Translations under genes and position numbers: made by a program
Shown: piece after piece, positions 52,217 to 61,239 of the stretch
Layout: each line of letters opens with the position of its first letter
Numbering within the stretch: the first letter of the stretch is position 1
Notes under the pieces: model-generated
Database searches by the model: none
Told to the model about the DNA's origin: nothing
Seen by the model: only the letters and a program-made list of their open reading frames with translations
Assembly: GCA_963834385.1 (NCBI GenBank)
Contig: CAWIBO010000002.1
Coordinates: 192,001-256,000 of the forward strand
Direction of reading: 5' to 3'
DNA from: an uncultured Verrucomicrobiae bacterium
GTDB taxonomy: Bacteria; Verrucomicrobiota; Verrucomicrobiia; Chthoniobacterales; UBA10450
Length of the DNA: 64,000 nt

Positions 52217-53317
52217 TCAGCCGAGTTTCACGAAATACTTGCCCGGGAGTTGTTTCACCAGCCGTTTCAACTCGAGGCGGAGCAAAATCGAGGAAACCGC
52301 GCCGCTGGGTTGCCCCGACCGGGCGGCAATTTCGTCGATCGAAGTCTCGGTCGCCTCGATGGCGTGGTAGACGGCTTTCTCCTCGTCAGTGAGCTCCGGA
52401 AGGGGTCGCGCTTTCGCCTCCGGGGCCGGCTGGGTCCCGGGGATGAGCAGATCCAGATCATCGAGAAGATCGGAGGCGTCCATGACCAGTTTGGCTCCCT
52501 GCTGGATCAGGCGATTCGACCCTTGGGCGCTGGGGGCGTTGATATGGCCGGGCACGGCGTAGACGGCGCGGCCCTGCTCGATGGCCTGCGAAGCGGTGAT
52601 GAGCGCTCCGCTGTTGAGCCCGGCTTCGACCACGAGAAGGCCATGGCTCCACCCGCTGATGATCCGGTTGCGCATGGGAAAGGTCTGGCGATCCGGCTCG
52701 ACTGCCATGGAAAACTCCGAGACCACCGCGCCCTGGCCGTCGCGAATCTTTTCGGCGAGCGCGGCATTCTCCGGCGGATAAAGCTGGAGAAGCCCTGAGC
52801 CGATGACGGCGATGGTACGGCCTTTGGCAGCGAGGGCGCCCTGGTGCGCGGCGGTGTCGATCCCGCGGGCGAGGCCGCTGATCACGGTGAGGCCGGCGTA
52901 GGCGAGCTGGTAGGAAAGTTTCTTGGCCGATTCGAGGCCGTAATGCGTGGTTCGGCGGGAACCGATCACGGCGATGGCATGCTGGTCGCGCTCGGTCAGT
53001 TCGCCCCAGACATAGAGCACGATGGGCGGCGCATGGATTTCACGGAGCTGGCGCGGGTAAAGAGGGGACTCCGCCGTGATGACCGTGGCGCCAAAGTCGC
53101 GGACGCGCTCGAGCTCGGCCGGAAGATCGACGATCTCCTCCCAGCCGGTGATCTGGTCGGCCACTTCGCGGCCGACGCCTTCGACCGCCTTAAGTTCCGT
53201 CCCGCGGGCGGCGAGGATGCGCTGGGGCGTCTCGAAGACCTCGAGCAGCTTGCGCAGGCGCACCGGCCCGATGGTGGGGAGCATGTTGAGCGCGATGCAG
53301 GCTTCGGTTGCGTTCAT
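52217..53317 (-). CDS. dprA: DNA-processing protein DprA
   Basis: IGSR, SGLARGID, FPMRNRIISG, SGALITA, C-terminal winged helix. Confidence 0.96.
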   Translation of the reverse strand: MNATEACIALNMLPTIGPVRLRKLLEVFETPQRILAARGTELKAVEGVGREVADQITGWEEIVDLPAELERVRDFGATVITAESPLYPRQLREIHAPPIVLYVWGELTERDQHAIAVIGSRRTTHYGLESAKKLSYQLAYAGLTVISGLARGIDTAAHQGALAAKGRTIAVIGSGLLQLYPPENAALAEKIRDGQGAVVSEFSMAVEPDRQTFPMRNRIISGWSHGLLVVEAGLNSGALITASQAIEQGRAVYAVPGHINAPSAQGSNRLIQQGAKLVMDASDLLDDLDLLIPGTQPAPEAKARPLPELTDEEKAVYHAIEATETSIDEIAARSGQPSGAVSSILLRLELKRLVKQLPGKYFVKLG

Positions 53318-53356
53318 CGAAGCGAAAAAGCCGCGCGCTCAGGCGGTGAAACAGGC

Positions 53357-53821
53357 CTAAAAGGGAATATCGTCTTCCTCCGCCTCGGACCCGGCCGCGC
53401 GGGAGGGAGGAGGAGCCGGGCGGCTGCCGCTGGCGCGGGAGGAACCGCCCTCGTCGGGCTCACTTCCGCCGCCGCCACCGCCACCGGGACGACCGCCGAT
53501 GAGCTGCATGGTTTCGCCCACGACCTTCAGCTTGGAACGTTTTTGGCCCGACGTTTTGTCTTCCCAGGAATCGAGCTGGAGCCGTCCCTCGATGAAGACC
53601 GGGCGGCCTTTCTTGAGGTATTCGCCGGCGATCTCCGCCGTCCGTCCCCAGAGGGTGACGTCGACAAAAGTGGTCTCCTCGCGTTTCTCGCCGTTTTCGC
53701 CACTGAACATGCGGTTGACCGCCATGCCGAGCTCGGCCACGGCCGTGCCTTTCGGCGTATAACGAACCTCGGGATCCCGCGTCAGGTTGCCGAGCAGGAT
53801 TACCTTGTTAAAACTGGCCAT
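53357..53821 (-). CDS. ssb: Single-stranded DNA-binding protein
   Basis: [14 protein letters not shown]...DDIPF. Confidence 0.97.
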   Translation of the reverse strand: MASFNKVILLGNLTRDPEVRYTPKGTAVAELGMAVNRMFSGENGEKREETTFVDVTLWGRTAEIAGEYLKKGRPVFIEGRLQLDSWEDKTSGQKRSKLKVVGETMQLIGGRPGGGGGGGSEPDEGGSSRASGSRPAPPPSRAAGSEAEEDDIPF

Positions 53822-53839
53822 GCGCCGGTTCTAGACGGT

Positions 53840-54169
53840 TTATTCTTCGGCGGCGACTTTTTTCGCGGGGCGCGCCTTTTTCGCCGGCAATTTCTGGTAA
53901 TGCTGGCGATAAACCTCGGGGTCGAGCTTGAACTTGGAGCGCAGCTTGGTGATGAGCTGGGAGTCGGCCTCGAAGACGAAATTGACGTAGTAGCCCGACT
54001 CGAGCTCGCCGGCCTGGTAGGAAAAGGGGCGCTTGTCCATTTTCTGGACGTTCTCCACCCGGGCGCCCTCTTTCTGGAAGTCGGACTCCAGGCGATCCAC
54101 AATGTCTTTGACGGCGTCCTCGCGGCCCTGGGTGTGGAGGACGATTAATGCTTCGTAACGGTTATTCAT
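53840..54169 (-). CDS. rpsF: 30S ribosomal protein S6
   Basis: RYEALIVL...FSY...GYYVNFVF; adjacent to ssb. Confidence 0.92.
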   Translation of the reverse strand: MNNRYEALIVLHTQGREDAVKDIVDRLESDFQKEGARVENVQKMDKRPFSYQAGELESGYYVNFVFEADSQLITKLRSKFKLDPEVYRQHYQKLPAKKARPAKKVAAEE

Positions 54170-54744
54170 GTCGCTTGGTTGAAAGTGTTCATCGCGGAAG
54201 AAAGGCCTTTGTCAATCGCGCAGTTCACCGCCTCGGCCGCGCGCCCGACCATTTCCTGCACCGCCGGCGTCTCGTCCTCGAAGAATCGCCCGAGGACGTA
54301 ATCGACCGATCCTTCCGGGGGCGGCGTCCCGATGCCGAGGCGGACCCGGGGGGTGTCGCCGAAGTGCAGGAGAATCGATTCCAGGCCGTTATGGCCGCCG
54401 GCGCTGCCGCCGGGGCGGAGGCGCAGCCGGCCGAGGGGGAGGGCGGTATCGTCCAGAACGACCAGGCTCTCGCCCGGCTCGATTTTGTAGAAGTTGGCCA
54501 GGGCGCGAAGCGGTTCGCCGCTCCGGTTCATGAAGGTGGAGGGCTTCACCAGCAGGGCGCGGTCGTGCCGGGCCCAGAGGGCGCCCCAGCGGGCGGAACG
54601 CTCCCAGGCGCAGCCCCATGCGGCCGCGAGATGGTCGAGCACCAGGAACCCGACATTGTGCCGGGTGCGCTCGTAATCCGGGCCGGGGTTGCCCAGGCCG
54701 CAGACCAGCCGGATGACGGAAGGCTCGGGCCCCAGGGGTGACAA
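54166..54744 (-). CDS. pth: Peptidyl-tRNA hydrolase
   Basis: GLGNPG, TRHNVGF, FMNRSG, GGHNGL. Confidence 0.96.
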   Translation of the reverse strand: MSPLGPEPSVIRLVCGLGNPGPDYERTRHNVGFLVLDHLAAAWGCAWERSARWGALWARHDRALLVKPSTFMNRSGEPLRALANFYKIEPGESLVVLDDTALPLGRLRLRPGGSAGGHNGLESILLHFGDTPRVRLGIGTPPPEGSVDYVLGRFFEDETPAVQEMVGRAAEAVNCAIDKGLSSAMNTFNQAT

Positions 54745-54756
54745 AACGCCCGCAGG

Positions 54757-55449
54757 CTACTTCTTGTCCTTGGCCGCGGGAGCAGCGGGAGCGGCGCCTT
54801 CGCCCTCCTCTTTCTTCTCCTTGATGACCTCGGGGGCGGCGGCCGGCTCGGCGGCGGCGGCCGGTTCTTCCTCGACCGTGGGCGCCATCACACTGAAAGC
54901 GGTCAGGTCGGGCTGGACGCGCGTGGTGACGCCTTCCGGAAGCTTGATTTCGCGCACATGGATGGCGTCGCCGATGTTGAGCTCGGTCACATCCACCTCG
55001 ATGCGGTCGGGCAAATCCTTCGGGAGACACTCGATCTCGAGCGAACGCAGGCTCTGCTCGAGAAGGCCGCCAAAGGTTTTGACGCCGCTGGCCGTGCCGA
55101 CCGGTTCGAGCGGCACTTCCGCGGTGATCTTCTCGTCCATGGAAACGGCGTGGAAATCAATATGGAGAACGTCGCCACCGACAGGGGAATGCTGGACTTC
55201 CTGGACCAGGGCGAGCCGGTTGGCCGCCTTGCCTTTTTCCCCGGCGATCTCGAGCTCGACGAGGATGTTTTCGCCCGAGGCGTGGCTGAGGAGGGAATTG
55301 ATGTCGCGGCGGGTCACCTGCAGGTTCTGCGGTTCGTCCTTCGCGCTATAGATGACGGCAGGAACGATCCCCTGCGCCTTGAGCTTGCGCACGTAGGATC
55401 GTCCGGTCCCGCTGCGATGTTCTGCGTTGAGCTTGACTTGCTTGGCCAT
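54757..55449 (-). CDS. rplY: 50S ribosomal protein L25 / Ctc
   Basis: VPAVIY, HIDF and TL5-type C-terminal domain; prs-rplY-pth order. Confidence 0.95.
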   Translation of the reverse strand: MAKQVKLNAEHRSGTGRSYVRKLKAQGIVPAVIYSAKDEPQNLQVTRRDINSLLSHASGENILVELEIAGEKGKAANRLALVQEVQHSPVGGDVLHIDFHAVSMDEKITAEVPLEPVGTASGVKTFGGLLEQSLRSLEIECLPKDLPDRIEVDVTELNIGDAIHVREIKLPEGVTTRVQPDLTAFSVMAPTVEEEPAAAAEPAAAPEVIKEKKEEGEGAAPAAPAAKDKK

Positions 55450-55451
55450 GA

Positions 55452-56414
55452 TTATTTTTTTTCGTTATCGATCTTGAACAGCGACGAGACCGACTCGTCC
55501 TTGTGGATCCGCACCATGCCTTCGCCGAGAAGCTCGGAAATGCAGAGGACGGCGGTCTTAAATCCGTCCACCGGCCGCACAGGCGTGCTGTTGGTCGTTA
55601 TTAATTCTTCAATGTCAGATTTTTGCAACCGCGGAATCGCGACATCCACCAGAACGGCGTGGGAGACCCCGGCGTAGATCTTCTGCGCCCCGCGTTCCTT
55701 GAGCATCTTCGCCGCTGAGACCAGGGTGCCGGCGGTCTCGGTCAGGTCATCCACCAGAAGCACGTCGCAGCCGTCCACCTCGCCGATCAGGTAAAGCGCC
55801 TCGGTTTCGGTGGCGCTTTTGCGCTGTTTGGCCACGATGGCCAGGCTGGCCCCAAGAGCCTGGGCATAAGCCGAGGCCATCTTCAGGCCGCCCACGTCGG
55901 GGGAAACCACCACGGTCTTGTTGGTCAGGCGCTGCCGGAGGTACTTGATCAGGACCGGCATCGAATAAAGATGGTCCACCGGGATATCGAAGAAGCCCTG
56001 CACCTGCTGGGCGTGCAGGTCCATGGTCAGGACCCGGTCCACCCCGGCCGCGTGGAGGAGGTTGGCCACCAGTTTCGCCGTGATGGGAACGCGTGGCTGA
56101 TCTTTGCGATCCTGGCGGGCATAACCAAAAAAGGGGATCACCGCCGTGATGCGGTCGGCGCTGGCCCGGCGAGCGGCGTCCACCATGATGAGCAGCTCCA
56201 TCAGGTGTTGGTTGGTGGGAGGGCAGGTCGGCTGGATGATGAAGACGTCCCGGCCCCGGATGTTTTCCTCGAAGCGGACGTAGGTCTCGCCGTCGGGGAA
56301 AGAAGAGGTGGTGGCCTTGCCAAGGGGCACGCCGATGGAGCGGCAGATTCGCTGCGCCAGATCGGGGTGGGCGGACCCGCTAAAGACCTTCATTTCGGAT
56401 TGGCGCGCGTTCAT
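55452..56414 (-). CDS. prs: Ribose-phosphate pyrophosphokinase
   Basis: FPDGE, YARQDRK, DLHA, VSPDVGG, VDDLTETAGT. Confidence 0.97.
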   Translation of the reverse strand: MNARQSEMKVFSGSAHPDLAQRICRSIGVPLGKATTSSFPDGETYVRFEENIRGRDVFIIQPTCPPTNQHLMELLIMVDAARRASADRITAVIPFFGYARQDRKDQPRVPITAKLVANLLHAAGVDRVLTMDLHAQQVQGFFDIPVDHLYSMPVLIKYLRQRLTNKTVVVSPDVGGLKMASAYAQALGASLAIVAKQRKSATETEALYLIGEVDGCDVLLVDDLTETAGTLVSAAKMLKERGAQKIYAGVSHAVLVDVAIPRLQKSDIEELITTNSTPVRPVDGFKTAVLCISELLGEGMVRIHKDESVSSLFKIDNEKK

Positions 56415-56645
56415 GCGGAAAGGGGCGCTAACCTAGGCGCGGGGGCTCCGGCTTGGCAACGGGAGATTCGGGGCCGCGGGAAAAAGCGGGGAGTTGGACG
56501 AAAAAGGGAAGATTGGCATGGGATTTCAGGGTGGCTTGTGGTGGTTGAGCGGTGGGAACTCCGGGGGGAGCAAAACTTTTATTTTTTGCTTGTTTCAGAG
56601 GGGAGAAAGCCCCAGAAAGAGGGGCGACAGATAAAAAAGACCGGC

Positions 56646-56661
56646 AGGCATGAAAATTGTC
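56646..56661 (+). promoter_or_regulatory. Possible non-canonical sigma54 promoter
   Basis: AGGCATGAAAATTGTC (GG-N10-GT) in an AT-rich intergenic region ~80 nt before the PEP-CTERM gene. Confidence 0.35.
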
Positions 56662-56743
56662 ATTGACCCTGAGAATCAAATATGACAATTATGGCAAATA
56701 CAGCAGAGACACCACCTGTAGAAACAAACACCCAAAAACAAAC

Positions 56744-57637
56744 ATGAACCGTCTTATTCCTCGTTCCCTCGCCGCCACCGCCGCCCTCCTCCTCGCCTTC
56801 GCTGGTTCGAGCCAGGCCGGGATGATCGGTCAGGTCAACCTCGGCACCTCCAACAATTACGTCCTCCTCGCCCTCGGCCAGGGGATCAGCGATTCCGGCC
56901 CCCTCACCGGCGAGTTCACCGTCAACGGTGACGTCGGCGTCGTCACCTCGGGTGAAAAGTTTTCCGCCTCCGGCAGCGTGGTCTATAATGGCCAGGTCTT
57001 CCTGCACTCGGGGGTGACCTACAACAGCTCCGCCAGCGGCGTGCCCCAGCCGACCACCGGCGCGGCCGTTGATTCCGCCCTGGAGCAGGCCAAGCTCGAC
57101 GCGCTTGCCGCTTCCAACTTCGCCTCGGGCCTTGCGGCCACCGCCTCCTACGGCAAGATCGACAACAACTTCACCATCAGCCAGGCGGCGGTCGGTAACT
57201 ACGTCTTCAACATCGACGAGATTAAGTTCTCCGGTGAGAAGAGCCTGACCCTGAGCGCGCCGGCCGGCAGCACCTTCGTGCTGAACATCACCGACGCCAT
57301 CGTCCTGACCTCCGGCAGCATCAACGTGGCCGGCGGCCTGACCGCGGCCAACGTGCTGATCAACTACACCGGCGACGAGGACATTCGTTTCAGCGGTGGC
57401 GGCAACAAGTCGCAGGTTTTCGGCACCATCCTCGCCCCGAACGCGACGGTGGGTCTGCACCCCGGCCTGGTGGTCGGCTCGATCATCGCCGACAAGATCA
57501 CGATGAGCTCGGGCGCGGTGGTGGTCCCGGAAGTGACCCCCGGCTCGGTGATCATCGGTTTCATGGGCCTGGTGGTGGCGTTCGCCTCCCGCCGGACTCT
57601 GATGGCGAAACTGCGCGCGGTGACGGTTCGCCAGTAA
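56744..57637 (+). CDS. PEP-CTERM-type surface protein with ice-binding / choice-of-anchor-A-like beta-solenoid
   Basis: Signal peptide ...SSQA; Gly/Ser/Thr/Asn-rich body (VNGDVGV, FVLNI, ANVLIN, GTILAPNATV); C-terminal VVPEVTPG + TM + RR. Confidence 0.8.
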   Translation: MNRLIPRSLAATAALLLAFAGSSQAGMIGQVNLGTSNNYVLLALGQGISDSGPLTGEFTVNGDVGVVTSGEKFSASGSVVYNGQVFLHSGVTYNSSASGVPQPTTGAAVDSALEQAKLDALAASNFASGLAATASYGKIDNNFTISQAAVGNYVFNIDEIKFSGEKSLTLSAPAGSTFVLNITDAIVLTSGSINVAGGLTAANVLINYTGDEDIRFSGGGNKSQVFGTILAPNATVGLHPGLVVGSIIADKITMSSGAVVVPEVTPGSVIIGFMGLVVAFASRRTLMAKLRAVTVRQ

Positions 57638-57658
57638 GACTTCTGTTTGTTTGCTTGC

Positions 57659-57695
57659 AAAGCGGCGCCGGGTAACCGGCGCCGCTTTCTTTTTT
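57659..57695 (+). terminator. Intrinsic terminator
   Basis: AAAGCGGCGCCGG-GTAA-CCGGCGCCGCTTT hairpin followed by a T-tract, 21 nt after the stop. Confidence 0.9.
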
Positions 57696-57701
57696 GGCGC
57701 A

Positions 57702-58610
57702 AAGCTGAAATCTGGAGAGGGACGAATCAGGAAAGCAGGAAGGCAGGAAGGGGATCCAATTTGGAAGCCAGGAGACAGGGGATGGGGATTGAGGATGGAG
57801 AATTGAGGATAGAGGATCGCTCCCCTTCTGTTCGTGCTCGTGATCGTAATCCTGCTCGTAATCGGTCCCAGCACCTCCCGAGAAGCTGAAACCAGGAAAG
57901 GAAGAACGAATCAGGAAAGCAGGAAGGCAGGAGGGGATTGAATTTGGAAGCCAGGAGAGGGGATGAGGATTGAGGATGGAGAATTGAGGATAGAGGATCG
58001 TTCCCCTTCTGTTCGTGCTCGTGCTCGTCCGCTGCTCGGTCAGCACCTCCCGAAAGCTGGACTCGAATAGGAAGGGGGAGAGATCTGGAAGCCAGAGGGG
58101 ATGAATGGAAGCTCGTGCGTGCTCGTCGTGCTCGTGCTCGTAATCCTGCTCGTAATCGGTCCCAGCACCTCCCGAGAAGCTGAAATCAGGAAAGGAACGA
58201 ATCAGGAAAGCAGGAAGGCAGGAGGGGATGAATTTGGAAGCCAGGAAACCAGGAGAGGGGATGGAGAATTGGGATCGAGGATCGCCCCCCTTCTGTTCGT
58301 GCTCGTAATCGGTAATCCTGCTCGTAACCTCGCCAGGAAAGGGAAGCCAGGAAGGAGGGAAGTAATGCAGCCCCCTCTGTGTTCTCTGCGATCTCTGTGG
58401 TTAAACACTGACCATGAAGCCGGAAAGGGGATGAGCTGGCCCCAAGGATGCGCCCACCTCAGCTTCCTGCGTTCCTACCTTCCTGATTCCTCCCCGTCTT
58501 CTTCCTGGTTTCCTGGCTTCCAAATTCATTCCTTTGGAAGAATCAGGAAAGCAGGAAAGGGAATTGATGCAGCCCCTCTGCGTCCTCCGCGTCTCTGCGG
58601 TGAAAAAAAG
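57702..58610. repeat. Degenerate tandem repeat array (about 120-180 bp units) with an inverted partial copy
   Basis: Units start with AAGCTG at 57702, 57883, 58054 and 58177 and share GAATCAGGAAAGCAGGAAGGCAGGA, TTTGGAAGCCAGGA, GTGCTCGT/AATCCTGCTCGTAATCG and CAGCACCTCCCGA (unit 3 more divergent); reverse-complement copy at about 58463-58532. Confidence 0.9.
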
Positions 58611-58622
58611 GCTCGCTCGCCT

Positions 58623-60099
58623 TTAGTAGGTCTGGCCGCGGGAGACCTGGGAGTTGTCCTCGAACCAGTTGCCGTAGGCGTAGTTGCCGAGGGAAGCGCT
58701 GTTGCCGTTGATCTTTAACGACTCGTCGTAGTGCACGCTGGCGCCGCCGGAAATCGTGATGTTGTTGCCGATAAAGGCGCCGCTGTAGTTCGCGTCACCG
58801 GAGATGGTGAAGTTGTTGTTCGGGGCGTTGATCGTGCCGATGAAGCTGCCGCTGCCGGAAACGGTCACCTTCTTGCCACTTCCGTAGGCGACGATGGAGA
58901 GGTTCTTGGCCCGGCCGCTCTGGTTGCTGAAAGAGGAACCGCTGACCGTGATATCGTCGCCCACGTAATATTTCACGTAGACGTTTGGCGCCTGCTGGAT
59001 GTAACCGCTGCCGGAGGTGGTGAGTTTGCCGGTGACCCAGACTTCGATGTAATTGTCCTCGCCGGGATTGGAGGGAAGAATATTCAGCACGTTGCCGCCG
59101 GAAACGGTCAGGTTGCCGATTTTGTATTTGGCGGGGCTTGCCTGGGTGCCGGTGTAAAGGGTCCCGGGGTTGCCGTTGGAGAGGCTGGTGAAAGTGCCGT
59201 TGGGCCAGACCGGCGCCGAGACATCCGGGATGCTCGCGGTGAAGGGAGTGGAGATGGTTCCCTGGACATTGGAGGTGTTCTTCACCGCCGGCCCGCTGTA
59301 GGCGAGGTCGCCATAGACGTAGGTGCCGCGGAGGTCGGATCCGGTGCTGTTGACCGTGGCGATGTCGCCATTGGTCTGGCGCTTGGCGATGTCGTAGAGC
59401 CCGTTGGTCGACTTGAAAGGGCTGGTCGGATCGAAGCTGTCGATCCACCCGCCGCCGGACATGTTGATCACGTTCTTCATGAGAAGGCCGCGCACCCAGA
59501 TGCTTTGCGAGGTGGGAAGGGCGACCACCTCGATCGTGCGCGTGGCTTGCGGATTGGCGGTGTTGCCACCGGCGACGCGATTGTATTTAAGGCTGATCTT
59601 GCGGAGCTGGTTGTCGAGCTTCTCCATGGAGGCGCGGGGCGGGCCGGGGGCGACCGCGGTGCCGCTGGCGCGGATCCGGTAAGGCTGGTTGCCGTTGCCA
59701 TCCACCCCCAGGTTGGCGCGGTCCACGGTCACCCACATGGTCAGCGAGGATGCGCCCTCGCCGGTGACGGCCAGGGCCGGGGGAATGTAATAGTTATATT
59801 GCCCGGCGCCCGGATGCCCGGTGGCGGCATTGCCGCCGGTCGGCTGCGTTTTGGGGACCGTGCCGGTGACCGTAAACCAGCCGGTCCAGGAGGCTGCGAT
59901 TCAGAGCGTCCATGCCGATGTCGGCGGCGGCTTCGGCGGCGCAAAGGGCGGACTGCCAGGAGGCGGTCTGCGTGCCGGTGTTGGCATTTTGCGTGGCGAC
60001 GGAAAGGCTGACCGCGACGATGAGCGAGAGAATGGTCAGGGTGAGGATGGCGACGAGCAGGATGCTGCCCTGCTGATCCGGCGAACGGTTGATTTTCAT
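58623..60099 (-). CDS. PilX-like minor pilin/pseudopilin with large C-terminal beta-solenoid domain (frameshift near 59898)
   Basis: QQG/SILLVAIL N-terminus lacking Glu5 (PilX/GspK type), AAEAA motif; the tail GTINAP...ISGGASVHYDESL is typical of PilX-like C-termini. Confidence 0.8.
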
Positions 60100-60104
60100 A
60101 AGGC

Positions 60105-60668
60105 TTATTTCCGGGCGGCGGCGTTGCGGAGGAAGGTGTTGGTATAGACGGTGGTGCCGGCGATGGGCGCCGGCCCCGGGGCGTTGGTGAAACGCGGGGC
60201 GAAGGTGATGTTGCAGCTCACGCTCGAGGTGAGGTCCTGCGGGGTGACAACGAAGGTGGCGACATTATTCGCGATCGCCTTGTTCACCCCGTCCACCTGG
60301 CGGATGAACTGGCTGCCCGATTGGAAATAGGAGATGACGGTGGTGCCGACACCATGTTCCACGTTGCCTGTGCCGTTCAGTGTGGGAGCGATTGGGTTTC
60401 CGGAACCGTCGTAATATTTCGGCAGGGTGAGGGTCAGGGTGTTATTTGCGACCACGCCGTCGATGGCGCGGCGGCAATCGAGCGCGATGTAATCCTGCAC
60501 CCGGAGCTGGTCGCCCACGGCGGAGGAATAACCCTGGACCGCGGCAAAACTGCGCTGGAGCGCGACCCCGGCCGTAAGAACGGCGGCAAAGATCATCGAG
60601 GAACAGGTGAGTGACATCAGCACCTCCACCAGCGTGAAACCGGTCTGCGAGCGAAAAGAGAGCTTCAT
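60105..60668 (-). CDS. Prepilin-type N-terminal cleavage/methylation protein (PilW/GspJ-like)
   Basis: QTG/FTLVEVLMSL class III signal peptide; C-terminal LRN motif. Confidence 0.88.
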   Translation of the reverse strand: MKLSFRSQTGFTLVEVLMSLTCSSMIFAAVLTAGVALQRSFAAVQGYSSAVGDQLRVQDYIALDCRRAIDGVVANNTLTLTLPKYYDGSGNPIAPTLNGTGNVEHGVGTTVISYFQSGSQFIRQVDGVNKAIANNVATFVVTPQDLTSSVSCNITFAPRFTNAPGPAPIAGTTVYTNTFLRNAAARK

Positions 60669-61180
60669 TTACGGTCCGATGTTGCCGATGCCGAAGACGG
60701 AGGAGAGCTGCCGCTGCCGGCTGCGGCCGTTGGCGCTGTTCCAGACGAGGACGATGTCGACCCGGAGAAGGTTTTTTCCGGTGAGATTCCCGCTTTGCTC
60801 TCTCCTCCCGTTCGGGTGAGACGGGTTGCGCACCACGATCACGTTGTCAGACGCGGTGGGCGTGCGGGTAATTCGAGATGGTCACGGTAACATCCATTTT
60901 GCCCAGGGCGGCCTCACTCCCGGTGGGGGGTTTGACGATGTAATCCTTCACATAGTTGCCGTCGGCAAAGTTGGTGAAGGCGGTGCCGCGAAAGGACTTC
61001 CATGACCTGCTGCATGACCAGGGTGGCGGCGGCGGTCTCCTTCTGCTGCTTCAGATGAATGAGGAGGCGGGAGTTGGCCGCGAAGGCCGAGGCGCCGAAA
61101 ATGACGCAGACGGCAGCGGTCACGACCACTTCGGCGAGGGAAAAGGCGGCGGTGGCCTTGGCCTTGGAGCGGAGGAGCAT
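60669..61180 (-). CDS. Prepilin-type protein (PilV/GspI-like; several frameshifts)
   Basis: AAA/FSLAEVVVTAAV; a shifted frame ends LLRVDIVLVWNSANGRSRQRQLSSVFGIGNIGP* at 60669. Confidence 0.75.
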
Positions 61181-61193
61181 GCCGCCCTATAAA

Positions 61194-61209
61194 AGCAATA
61201 AATATGCCA
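61194..61209 (-). promoter_or_regulatory. Sigma54 -24/-12 promoter of the pilin cassette
   Basis: Minus strand TGGCATATTTATTGCT is a near-perfect TGGCAC-N5-TTGC match just upstream of the first pilin gene. Confidence 0.75.
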
Positions 61210-61239
61210 GTAAGCTAGAGTCGGCCCCCGGGGAGCTCT

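Noticed and set aside
57702..58610. CRISPR array
   Set aside because: No identical 23-50 bp repeats with unique spacers; units are degenerate along their whole length and no cas genes are present.
57561..58718. ORFs 57561-58046, 58101-58718 and 58202-58408 as proteins
   Set aside because: They are translations of the DNA repeat, with frames shifting between units and no coding-like composition.
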